DNA of 62,232 nucleotides from Acidimicrobiia bacterium (GTDB taxonomy: Bacteria; Actinomycetota; Acidimicrobiia; Acidimicrobiales; JBBSGY01): assembly GCA_039812705.1 (NCBI GenBank), contig JBDIBA010000005.1:1-62232 (forward strand). Reading direction: 5' to 3'. Below the pieces are notes generated by a model. The model had not been told where the DNA came from and did no database searches. It worked only from the letters and a program-made list of their open reading frames with translations. A program made the position numbers and the translations under genes. Below are positions 1 to 7,576 of this stretch, piece after piece (position 1 is the stretch's first letter; every line of letters starts with the position of its first letter).

Positions 1-567
1 TTTGGGTCTTTTTGGGATGGACACGAGTTCTCCTGTTTCACGAGCGCGAGACGTGTCGACCACGAGGAAGTCGCGTTCTAACTTTCCGGTTTCGTCTGAA
101 ACGACTTCGACGGTTCGCTCGCCCTCACGGCCGGGCCGACCTACTTGCACGTCCACCGCTGTTTCCAGTTCGGGCATGTGCGCCTCGCAAAGCTCCTTGA
201 CTGTCTCATAGAGATCTGCGGCGGAGGTCTCGTCGAATCTCGTAGTGCTGACGCGAACTCGTGTGCGTCCGTCGTTGGTCATGGTCGTGTCAATTGCGAT
301 GCCTTCGCCGTGGAGGTTCCTGACTGCATCGCTGATGTTCTCAACGGCGCGGCCTAGCTGCGCGTAAAAGTCTTCGCGCGCCTCGGTCTGCTCAGTCGGC
401 GTAATGGAGTCGTCACGGGGTACAACCGTTCCGTCGGAATATAGGGTTCCGTGTTCTGGGTGATGCACGCTTGCGCTCCCAATCCCCCGGCTAAGGCGGG
501 ACAAGGCCCCTACTAGGTAAAGCCTAGGGCGACCGTCCATATTGACCGGGTCGAATTCGTTGCTCAT
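1..567 (-). CDS. hypothetical protein, N-terminal 189 codons only; the ORF runs off the left edge and is absent from the supplied ORF track
   Basis: Manual minus-strand translation from ATG 567..565 (MSNEFDPVNMDGRPRLYLVG...DFYAQLGRAVENISDAVRNL...) stays open to position 1. The product is acidic and I recognise no motif. Confidence 0.5.
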   Translation of the reverse strand, partial: MSNEFDPVNMDGRPRLYLVGALSRLSRGIGSASVHHPEHGTLYSDGTVVPRDDSITPTEQTEAREDFYAQLGRAVENISDAVRNLHGEGIAIDTTMTNDGRTRVRVSTTRFDETSAADLYETVKELCEAHMPELETAVDVQVGRPGREGERTVEVVSDETGKLERDFLVVDTSRARETGELVSIPKRPK

Positions 568-728
568 TTTCTGCCGTGCCTCGTAGATGGGGGAAGTGGG
601 CGGGGGAGTTAGCAGGATAAATGCCCAGGGCTCTGCGTGGAAAATCGACGCACGAACTCGACCGCGCAAAGTGTCGTTATTTCGGTAGGGTAAACCCGTT
701 CAGGGCATCGTGCCCAGCGTTTTTGGAG

Positions 729-2138
729 GTGAGTCCGACGGCCGAGCGTTTTGACATCGTTGTCATCGGTGGTGGACCCGGTGGTTATGCAGCAGCTCTC
801 TATGGGGCTTCGGCAGGGCTAAAGGTTGCCGTGGTCGAGAAGGAAAAGGTGGGTGGCACTTGCCTCCATCGCGGCTGCATTCCCGCCAAGGAGTTCTTAG
901 AGACCGCATCGGCGTTTCGCCACGTTGCCAATGCGGGTGAGTTCGGCGTCAACGCGGGAGAGCCGACAGTTGATTTCGCGGTCAGTCAGCAACGCAAGCA
1001 AAAGGTTGTCGATCAGCTGCACATGGGCTTGTCGGGCCTGCTGAAGCGCCGCAAGATCACCATTGTCAATGGCTTTGGTCAGTTGATGCCTCACAAGACC
1101 GTCAAGGTCAGTGATGGCAGTGAGCTGAAGGCGCACAACGTCATCCTTGCTGCCGGTTCGGTTCCACGTTCCATCCCGGGTTTTGACGTCGATGGCAAGT
1201 TTGTGATGACCTCCGATGAGGTTCTCAGTTTGGACAAACTGCCAGAGTCCGTTGCGGTTATCGGCGGCGGTGCAATTGGCTGTGAGTTCGCGTCCATGAT
1301 GAACGACCTTGGTGTCAAGGTCACGCTCCTTGAAGTCATGCCAAAGCTGCTTGCGCTGCTGGACGGCGATGTTGCGTCGGTTGTGACCAAGTCGTTCGAG
1401 AAGCGCGGAATGGATGTGCAAGTTGGCATCAAAGACGTGCGTCACAGTCCCGGTGATGACACAACAAAGGTCAGCTGGACCAACGAAGACGGTAGCGAAG
1501 GCTCTGTCGACGTCAATTCGGTTGTCGTAAGCGTTGGTCGCCGACCGTTTTCTGACGACCTGTTGCATGAAGGCACGGGCGTTCAGGTTGACGAGCGTGG
1601 TTACGTCAAGGTCGACGAATACCTCAGCACCGGTGTTGACGGCATCTACGCGCTGGGCGACTTGATCACGACACCACAGCTTGCACACGTTGCATTCGCC
1701 GAAGGCATTTTGGCGGTCAAGTCAGTACTTGGCGAAGACCCGGCACCAATCGATTACACGAAGGTGCCGTGGTGCATTTACACGCATCCTGAAGTCGCTT
1801 ACGCGGGCCTATCCGAACAAGGAGCAAGGGATGCGGGCTACGACGTAATCGTCAAGAAAGACCCGTTCATTGGTAACGGCCGCGCAATCATCATCGGTGA
1901 AACCGAAGGAATGGTGAAAGTGGTTGCCGAAAAGCGTCCCGACGGAACCGCAGGCAAGATCCTTGGCGTGCACATGGCTGGTCCGTGGGTCACCGAGCAA
2001 CTTGGCCAGGGTTACCTTGCCGTCAACTGGGAAGCAACGGCCGATGAGGTCGCAGAGTTCATTCAACCCCACCCATCACTGGCTGAAACATTCGGCGAAA
2101 CAGTGTTGGCACTTACAGGAAGAAGTCTTCACGTCTGA
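729..2138 (+). CDS. lpd: dihydrolipoyl dehydrogenase (E3)
   Basis: ORF 621..2138. It has an FAD fold (DIVVIGGGPGGYAAALYGA), a redox disulfide (GGTCLHRGCIPAK), an NAD fold (VAVIGGGAIGCEFA) and the C-terminal HPSLAE. I trimmed the start to the in-frame GTG at 729 (TTG at 723 is also possible) because homologues begin just before the GxGxxG motif. Confidence 0.92.
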   Translation: MSPTAERFDIVVIGGGPGGYAAALYGASAGLKVAVVEKEKVGGTCLHRGCIPAKEFLETASAFRHVANAGEFGVNAGEPTVDFAVSQQRKQKVVDQLHMGLSGLLKRRKITIVNGFGQLMPHKTVKVSDGSELKAHNVILAAGSVPRSIPGFDVDGKFVMTSDEVLSLDKLPESVAVIGGGAIGCEFASMMNDLGVKVTLLEVMPKLLALLDGDVASVVTKSFEKRGMDVQVGIKDVRHSPGDDTTKVSWTNEDGSEGSVDVNSVVVSVGRRPFSDDLLHEGTGVQVDERGYVKVDEYLSTGVDGIYALGDLITTPQLAHVAFAEGILAVKSVLGEDPAPIDYTKVPWCIYTHPEVAYAGLSEQGARDAGYDVIVKKDPFIGNGRAIIIGETEGMVKVVAEKRPDGTAGKILGVHMAGPWVTEQLGQGYLAVNWEATADEVAEFIQPHPSLAETFGETVLALTGRSLHV

Positions 2139-3547
2139 TGTCTGATGTCACCATGCCCCAGTTGGGCGAAACCGTTACCGAAGGCACCATTACTCGTTGG
2201 GCCAAGTCCCTCGGAGACGAAGTCGCAATGGACGAGGTGCTTTTCGAAGTCTCAACCGACAAGGTGGACTCCGAGGTTCCTTCGCCTGCAGCCGGAACCC
2301 TGACCGAAATCTTGGTTCAAGAAGGAGAGACGGCAGACGTCGGCGCAGTGATTGCAAAGATTGGCGAAGCCGGTTCTGGCGATAGCTCGTCTGACGACAA
2401 CGCTTCGCAGTCAAGCGATGAGTCCTCTGGTGGACAAGAAGACCAACCTGCACCTTCAGCCGCACAGGCCGAAGCACCCGCGCCGAGCGAGTCGCCAACG
2501 CCCGCGCCGGCACCGACTCCGCCTGCGCCATATGAATCGCAGAACGCTTCGCCCGTTGCACCAACGCCTAATGCCGGTGGCGGCAAGGTTTTGTCGCCGA
2601 TTGTTCGCAAGTTAATTAGCGAGAACAACCTTGACTCATCGCAGATCACCGGAACCGGCGCTGGCGGTCGAATCACACGCCAAGATGTCGAACGTCACCT
2701 TGGTGGTGGCTACGGCGGCGGAGCCACTCCGGTGTCCCCAAGTTCGGCAATCGCGGCTGCACCTGCACCACCTTCACCGCCCGCAGCTGCTCCCGCTGCT
2801 GCTGCACCGAAGCTGCCCCCGGCGGCTGCTGGCGAGCGCGACACGGTTGTCCCGTTCTCGAACATCCGCAAGCGCACCGCAGAACACATGGTGATGTCAC
2901 AGGCCACATCGGCACACACTCTCGTGTCGATTGAGGTCGACTACTTCAATGTGGACAAGGTTCGTGCGGCTCGCAAAGACCAGTTCAAGAAAGAAGAGGG
3001 AACAAGCCTCACCTACATGCCGTTCATCACGCGCGCTGTTGTTGATGCAATTGCAGAGTTCCCCTACGCAAACGCTTCGGTTGGCAACAACGAACTGATT
3101 GTGCATCGCGATGTCAACGTCGGCATTGCCGTCGACCTGAGCTTTGAAGGACTGTTGGTTCCTGTTGTTCATGGTGCCGACGGGCTTCGCTTGCGCCAGA
3201 TTGCACGCGGCATTGGAGACCTTGCGTCTCGTGCGCGCAGCAAGAAGATCCAAGTTGATGACCTGGCCGGTGGCACATTCACCATCACCAATGCAGGCAG
3301 CTACGGAACGATGTTGACGTATCCAGTCATCAATCAACCGCAAGTGGCAATCCTTTCAACCGATGGTGTGAAGAAGCGCCCGGTTGTTATTGAGCTTCCC
3401 GATGGAAGTGATGCAATCGTCGCGCACCCGGTCGGCGTATTGGCCCTTGCATGGGACCACCGAGCTTTCGATGGCGCCTATGCATCGGCGTTCTTGGCAA
3501 AGATCAAGGAGATTCTGGAGACGCGTGACTGGGCTGCTGAGCTTTAA
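2138..3547 (+). CDS. sucB: dihydrolipoamide acyltransferase (E2) of a 2-oxoacid dehydrogenase complex
   Basis: It has one lipoyl domain (EVSTDKVDSEVPSP), Ala/Pro-rich linkers, an E3-binding domain (LSPIVRKLISENNLD..GTGAGGRITRQDV) and a catalytic domain with DHRAFDG. Its ATG overlaps the lpd stop by 1 nt (TGATG). Confidence 0.92.
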   Translation: MSDVTMPQLGETVTEGTITRWAKSLGDEVAMDEVLFEVSTDKVDSEVPSPAAGTLTEILVQEGETADVGAVIAKIGEAGSGDSSSDDNASQSSDESSGGQEDQPAPSAAQAEAPAPSESPTPAPAPTPPAPYESQNASPVAPTPNAGGGKVLSPIVRKLISENNLDSSQITGTGAGGRITRQDVERHLGGGYGGGATPVSPSSAIAAAPAPPSPPAAAPAAAAPKLPPAAAGERDTVVPFSNIRKRTAEHMVMSQATSAHTLVSIEVDYFNVDKVRAARKDQFKKEEGTSLTYMPFITRAVVDAIAEFPYANASVGNNELIVHRDVNVGIAVDLSFEGLLVPVVHGADGLRLRQIARGIGDLASRARSKKIQVDDLAGGTFTITNAGSYGTMLTYPVINQPQVAILSTDGVKKRPVVIELPDGSDAIVAHPVGVLALAWDHRAFDGAYASAFLAKIKEILETRDWAAEL

Positions 3548-3587
3548 GACAGCAGGGTCTTCTGTAAACGGAAACGGCTCAACCCGC

Positions 3588-5345
3588 GTGCTTAATGCAC
3601 GTTGGTTGGGCCGTGTTCCGTTTCGCGAGTCGTTAAGCCTTCAGCGCGCACTGTTTGAAGCGGGCTTTGTTAATGGTGAACCAGCGAACTGGCTGTTATT
3701 GCAAGAGCACAACCCGGTCTACACACTTGGCATTCGCACCAAGCGTGAGCACCTGTTGTCTGTTGAGTCGACGAACGTCGATGTTGTCGAGGTGGACCGC
3801 GGGGGCGATGTCACGTATCACGGTCCTGGTCAATTGGTCGGTTATCCCGTTCTCAGCCTGGCGGGCCGCGGTGGTGTGACCGACACGCAGGCATACATTG
3901 CGCGCGTCGAGCAGTTGCTGATTGATGTGCTCAGTCTTGACTTTGGACTTGCTGGCTGCGGTCGCCTTAGGGGCTATCCGGGGGTTTGGCTTGACGTTGA
4001 CGGTCCGAACCCTCGCAAGATTGCAGCTGTTGGCGTTCGCTTGTCGCGTGGTCGCACAATGCACGGGTTTGCGCTCAATGTGAAGCCCAACATGGATGAC
4101 TTTGCGAACATCGTGCCGTGCGGAATTAGCGGATACGGCGTTACGTCGATGGCACTTGAGGGTCTCGATGTCGAGATGAGAAGTGTCGTCGACGCTGTTG
4201 TTGCGAGATCCGCGATGCTTCTTGGTGATGACGCCCAAGTTGTGGGTCAGGTAGACGTAAAGCGTCAAGACATTGTTTGGCGCACGAGCGCTGCAGACCT
4301 GTCGGCGTTCAGCCGAGGTGAAGGGCCGGGCGCACTTGTTGGACAAGGCCAGCCAACAGATGCCGCTGTTGGCACAAACGGCGCGAAACCGCCTGCAAAA
4401 CAACCGGTGCGCTTGTTGGGTCGTTTGGCAGCCGCCGGTGTTGATTCTGACAACGCAATTGGAATGGATGAACGCAAGCCGTCATGGATGCGGGTTCGCG
4501 CAAACTTCAGCTCTGGCTACCAGCAGTTGAAGGGAACTGTAAAAGACGCGGGCCTGGTTACGGTCTGCGAAGAGGCGGGCTGTCCCAACATCTACGAGTG
4601 CTGGAACGACGGTACGGCAACTTTCATGATCAACGGCGAACGTTGCACGCGCGCTTGTGGTTTTTGTTTGGTTGATACGCGCAAACCTGAAGCCCTTGAC
4701 CCAACCGAGCCGCTGCGTGTTGCTCAAACCGTGTTGAAGATGAAATTGCAACATGCCGTCATTACGACGGTTGCGCGTGACGACCTAAGCGACGGCGGCG
4801 CTAATGCCTTTGCCGAAACAATTCGCGCAGTCCGCGCGGCGTCCCCAAGTTGTGCGGTCGAAGTCTTGATCTCGGATTGCAAGGGCGACCCGGAATCGCT
4901 GCAGACAATCTTTGATGCGCGACCCGATGTGTTGAATCACAACATTGAAACCGTTGCGCGCTTGCAGCGCGCGGTTCGGCCTTCGGCTGGTTATGCGCGA
5001 AGCCTTTCGGTGCTTGCACGTGCAAAGGCAGCAGGCTTGGTTGTGAAGTCCGGAATGATGGTTGGTCTTGGTGAAGACCTGAACGAAGTGAAAGCCACGT
5101 TGGTCGACCTTTGTGGCATCGGCGTAGACATTGTGACGATTGGTCAGTATCTACGCCCGACGTCGAACCATCTTCCAATTCAGAAGTGGTGGACGCCCGA
5201 AGAGTTCGATGAACTGAAGGTGTTTGGTGAGGCAATGGGGATTGCCCACGTGGAGTCGAGCCCGCTTACGCGCTCCAGCTATCACGCAAAGGAAGCCGGC
5301 AGCAAAGCTCTAAGCGTTGGGATCACTCAGAAGAGCTTTGCTTAA
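3588..5345 (+). CDS. lipB/lipA: octanoyltransferase LipB fused in frame to lipoyl synthase LipA
   Basis: ORF 3384..5345 has no stop. The LipB half carries DRGGDVTYHGPGQLVGYP, RKIAAVGVRLSRGRTMHGFALNV and PCGISG. A Gly/Ala/Pro-rich linker follows. The LipA half carries ERKPSWMRVRA, CEEAGCPNIYECW, the radical-SAM CTRACGFC and SSYHA. I set the start at GTG 3588, after the sucB stop. Confidence 0.85.
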   Translation: MLNARWLGRVPFRESLSLQRALFEAGFVNGEPANWLLLQEHNPVYTLGIRTKREHLLSVESTNVDVVEVDRGGDVTYHGPGQLVGYPVLSLAGRGGVTDTQAYIARVEQLLIDVLSLDFGLAGCGRLRGYPGVWLDVDGPNPRKIAAVGVRLSRGRTMHGFALNVKPNMDDFANIVPCGISGYGVTSMALEGLDVEMRSVVDAVVARSAMLLGDDAQVVGQVDVKRQDIVWRTSAADLSAFSRGEGPGALVGQGQPTDAAVGTNGAKPPAKQPVRLLGRLAAAGVDSDNAIGMDERKPSWMRVRANFSSGYQQLKGTVKDAGLVTVCEEAGCPNIYECWNDGTATFMINGERCTRACGFCLVDTRKPEALDPTEPLRVAQTVLKMKLQHAVITTVARDDLSDGGANAFAETIRAVRAASPSCAVEVLISDCKGDPESLQTIFDARPDVLNHNIETVARLQRAVRPSAGYARSLSVLARAKAAGLVVKSGMMVGLGEDLNEVKATLVDLCGIGVDIVTIGQYLRPTSNHLPIQKWWTPEEFDELKVFGEAMGIAHVESSPLTRSSYHAKEAGSKALSVGITQKSFA

Positions 5346-6291
5346 AGGCGCTAACCGCGCGCTTTAGACGCTTGCGTGGCAGCCAAACGAGCAAGAACAG
5401 CAGAACAAGCACAACGGCAACCGGAATCAACACGTTGGTTGGCGTGCCGTAGAACCAGATCTTGGTTGGCGATGAACCTTGGCCGTTCGCGGTCCATTCG
5501 AGAGTTGCGCTGTATGGTCCGAACAACATGGAGTCTTCTTTCCAACTGGACTCAAACTTGCGCTCTGCGGTTGGCAAAACTCGTTGTGGATCAACCTTTA
5601 TCTCTTTGACTTTCTTGCCAAAGATGTTCTTGATCGTGATGGTTCCTGTTGGGCTTGCAACGACGTTTCCGTTGTTTGTGTAGCGCGAAGTGAACGTGAC
5701 GTCTTTGTTGTTGTAGAAGGTCTTATTGGTGTCGAACGACTTCAACTGAAGGTCGTTTGTTGTCTGACCCGAGACGGTTACGAGCAACAATGAACTGATC
5801 TCTGCGCGCACGTCAACGGCTGCGCCGTCGGGGCTTGGTGTTGCCGCGGGGCTAAACAGGATGCCACCAAAATGTGAACCCGGACCCGCGTTAGCCGGGA
5901 TGCGCACTGTGACATTTACGTCAAGCTTTTGGTTCGGAAGAATCTGTGCATTGCTTGGGTTGAGTGTCACCCACGACGCAACCGCGTAGGGGCCTTCGTC
6001 TGGGACCAGGTCGGAGCTTCCGCTGTCGCCAAGGGGCTTTGCGTTTGTTGCACGCGCTGTAAAGCCGCGCACACGGTTGGACTGGTTCGTCAGGCTGACG
6101 GTGTAGGAGAACTCATTGCCCGGCGCAACATTGCGCTCGGTGATTGGTGGGCTGATGATGAGTGTGTCGTTCGGCGGGTTTTGCGTCTGAGCCGCGGCCG
6201 AGGTGGGCGCAAAGTGAAGAACGGCGCCGGATGTAAGGGCGCACGTTGCCGTGATTGCTACAAGCAGCCTTTTAGCGATCTGAATGCCCAC
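5323..6291 (-). CDS. membrane-anchored cell-surface protein, DUF916/DUF3324-like (WxL-interacting type)
   Basis: 322 aa. GTG start with GGGAGA 6 nt upstream. It has a signal peptide, two beta-rich domains (APGNEFSYTVSLTNQSN; ASWVTLNP..VTVRIPANAGPGSHFGGILF; PTAERKFESSW..GPYSATLEW) and a C-terminal TM helix with a KR tail (LIPVAVVLVLLFLLVWLPRKRLKR). Its 3' end overlaps the lipA 3' end by 23 nt. Confidence 0.75.
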   Translation of the reverse strand: MGIQIAKRLLVAITATCALTSGAVLHFAPTSAAAQTQNPPNDTLIISPPITERNVAPGNEFSYTVSLTNQSNRVRGFTARATNAKPLGDSGSSDLVPDEGPYAVASWVTLNPSNAQILPNQKLDVNVTVRIPANAGPGSHFGGILFSPAATPSPDGAAVDVRAEISSLLLVTVSGQTTNDLQLKSFDTNKTFYNNKDVTFTSRYTNNGNVVASPTGTITIKNIFGKKVKEIKVDPQRVLPTAERKFESSWKEDSMLFGPYSATLEWTANGQGSSPTKIWFYGTPTNVLIPVAVVLVLLFLLVWLPRKRLKRAVSAFKQSSSE

Positions 6292-6306
6292 GGCGGTCTC
6301 CCATTG

Positions 6307-6339
6307 GTCGATTAACTGGTGGTTTACCAGTTAATCGAC
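6307..6339 (-). terminator. perfect 14-bp stem-loop between the two surface-protein cistrons (partial terminator or mRNA stabiliser candidate)
   Basis: GTCGATTAACTGGT (6307..6320) pairs with ACCAGTTAATCGAC (6326..6339) around a 5-nt loop. It lies between the stop at 6369 and the RBS/GTG at 6291. Confidence 0.55.
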
Positions 6340-6368
6340 ACGGGATGTCGGTTTGTTTGGGCTAGGCC

Positions 6369-7385
6369 CTAGAAACTCGGAACTGCCGTGTAGTACACGG
6401 TGGCCTGGTAGGTGCCTGCAGGCACCGAGGCCGAAGCTGCGGCGCTGAAACCAATGCACTGGTCGACAAAGCCAAGGCTTGAGGACCAAGCGGCCTCGGT
6501 GTTGGTGGCGCTGAGGGCTTTCCAGGTTGTGTTCAGGCCGTTGTGAATGTTCGAGACGGTGTAGGTGAAGTTCGAGGTGCCTGCAATTGGCGGGCCGTTT
6601 GTGTCGGGGAATGGAGTTGCTGTTGGGGAGCGCAGGTTGTTCGATGCGTGGTCTCCGCGAACATAGACGGCTGCACCGCGAGCGGCGTTGGTGGCCACGG
6701 TCAGGTTGTGAGCACCTTGACCAACCGTCGAGATGTTGATGCGCCCAAGGTTTACGTGAGCCGCGTCGGCCGGCGTTGTGTATTGGAAGGATCCACCGGG
6801 TGTGGTTTGAAGTCCGCAATACGTGGGTCGAGGAGCGACGGTGAAGGTCATCGTTGGCTCAACGTCAACCGAGACAACTGTGCTTGGGGTGTATACGAAA
6901 CCCGCAACTGCAGTGTTGACCGCTGTGGTGCAGCCCGTGTCAGAAAACGTTGTGAATGTTGTGAAGTAGGTCGTGTTTGGCGTGGTGCCGTTGGTGATGC
7001 CGGTTGCTGCGACCGAGAAAGCAGCAGGTGGGTTGGTGGCGGTGAATGTGGTGGTGAAGCCGCTTGCGTTGTATGCAGTTGAAGCACCACTGGGGCTGAA
7101 GCCGCTGAGGGTCGCGCCTGATCCAGCGACGAAGCCAGGAATGGATCCGGTGCCGTTGGCGGCGAGGCTCCAAGTTCCCTTGACACATGCAATTGCTTGA
7201 GTGGTGTCAACGTTGGAGAGACTGAGTGTCTCGGTGACCGCAGTCTCGCCAGGTACGGCGTTCGATGTGTCTTTGGTGATCGAGGCCGACGTTGCCGCGG
7301 TAGCCGATCCTGATGCGGCCAGGGTCGCAGCAAGAAACGCACTGGCGATGATGGCTGTTGCTTTTGTGAAGGTCTTCTTGTTCAT
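6369..7385 (-). CDS. secreted Thr/Ser/Gly-rich beta protein, WxL-domain-like or pilin-like surface protein
   Basis: 338 aa from ATG 7385 (MNKKTFTKATAIIASAFLAATLAASGSATA). The track ORF extends to 7421. It has a signal peptide and no LPXTG motif or TM anchor. The C-terminus AGTYQATVYYTAVPSF resembles the terminal WxL-type motif. Confidence 0.7.
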   Translation of the reverse strand: MNKKTFTKATAIIASAFLAATLAASGSATAATSASITKDTSNAVPGETAVTETLSLSNVDTTQAIACVKGTWSLAANGTGSIPGFVAGSGATLSGFSPSGASTAYNASGFTTTFTATNPPAAFSVAATGITNGTTPNTTYFTTFTTFSDTGCTTAVNTAVAGFVYTPSTVVSVDVEPTMTFTVAPRPTYCGLQTTPGGSFQYTTPADAAHVNLGRINISTVGQGAHNLTVATNAARGAAVYVRGDHASNNLRSPTATPFPDTNGPPIAGTSNFTYTVSNIHNGLNTTWKALSATNTEAAWSSSLGFVDQCIGFSAAASASVPAGTYQATVYYTAVPSF

Positions 7386-7473
7386 GACTGGGCCCCTCGA
7401 AAGGCTCCGGTGTTGGCGCACCTGGATGTTGTTATCTATCTATCGGCCCCTTGGGGATCGATCTTGATTGCAA

Positions 7474-7487
7474 ATTTTGGCCAAAAT
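7474..7487. promoter_or_regulatory. 14-bp perfect palindrome ATTTTGGCCAAAAT in a divergent control region (operator candidate)
   Basis: It lies in the 190-nt gap between the surface operon (-) and pepA (+). It is flanked by two TTGCAAATT boxes, at about 7467..7475 and 7529..7537. Confidence 0.25.
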
Positions 7488-7576
7488 CCCAGTTCGCAGC
7501 GGGCGCGAGAGGGTGGCGGGGGCCTTGTTTGCAAATTCCGAGCACCGTCAAACCTCGATGGGTAGTGTCGCGCGCA

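Noticed and set aside
897-1688. Long antisense ORFs inside well-supported genes. Examples: 897..1688(-), 3696..4403(-), 18197..19033(-), 24280..24975(-), 29834..30493(-), 38080..38880(-), 48138..49016(-), 50283..50867(-).
   Set aside because: All lie opposite genes with unmistakable conserved motifs. They have Arg/Ser/Cys-rich or otherwise odd composition and no motifs. They are the shadow ORFs expected in GC-rich DNA.
3384-3587. N-terminal extensions of track ORFs that overlap the preceding gene (3384, 7451, 14455, 15869, 18023, 22120, 25239, 26384, 32515, 36792, 50795, 51812).
   Set aside because: The homologous protein cores start later, and the trimmed starts give the classic ATGA/GTGA overlaps or short gaps. 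The extensions translate to low-complexity, Arg-rich sequence.
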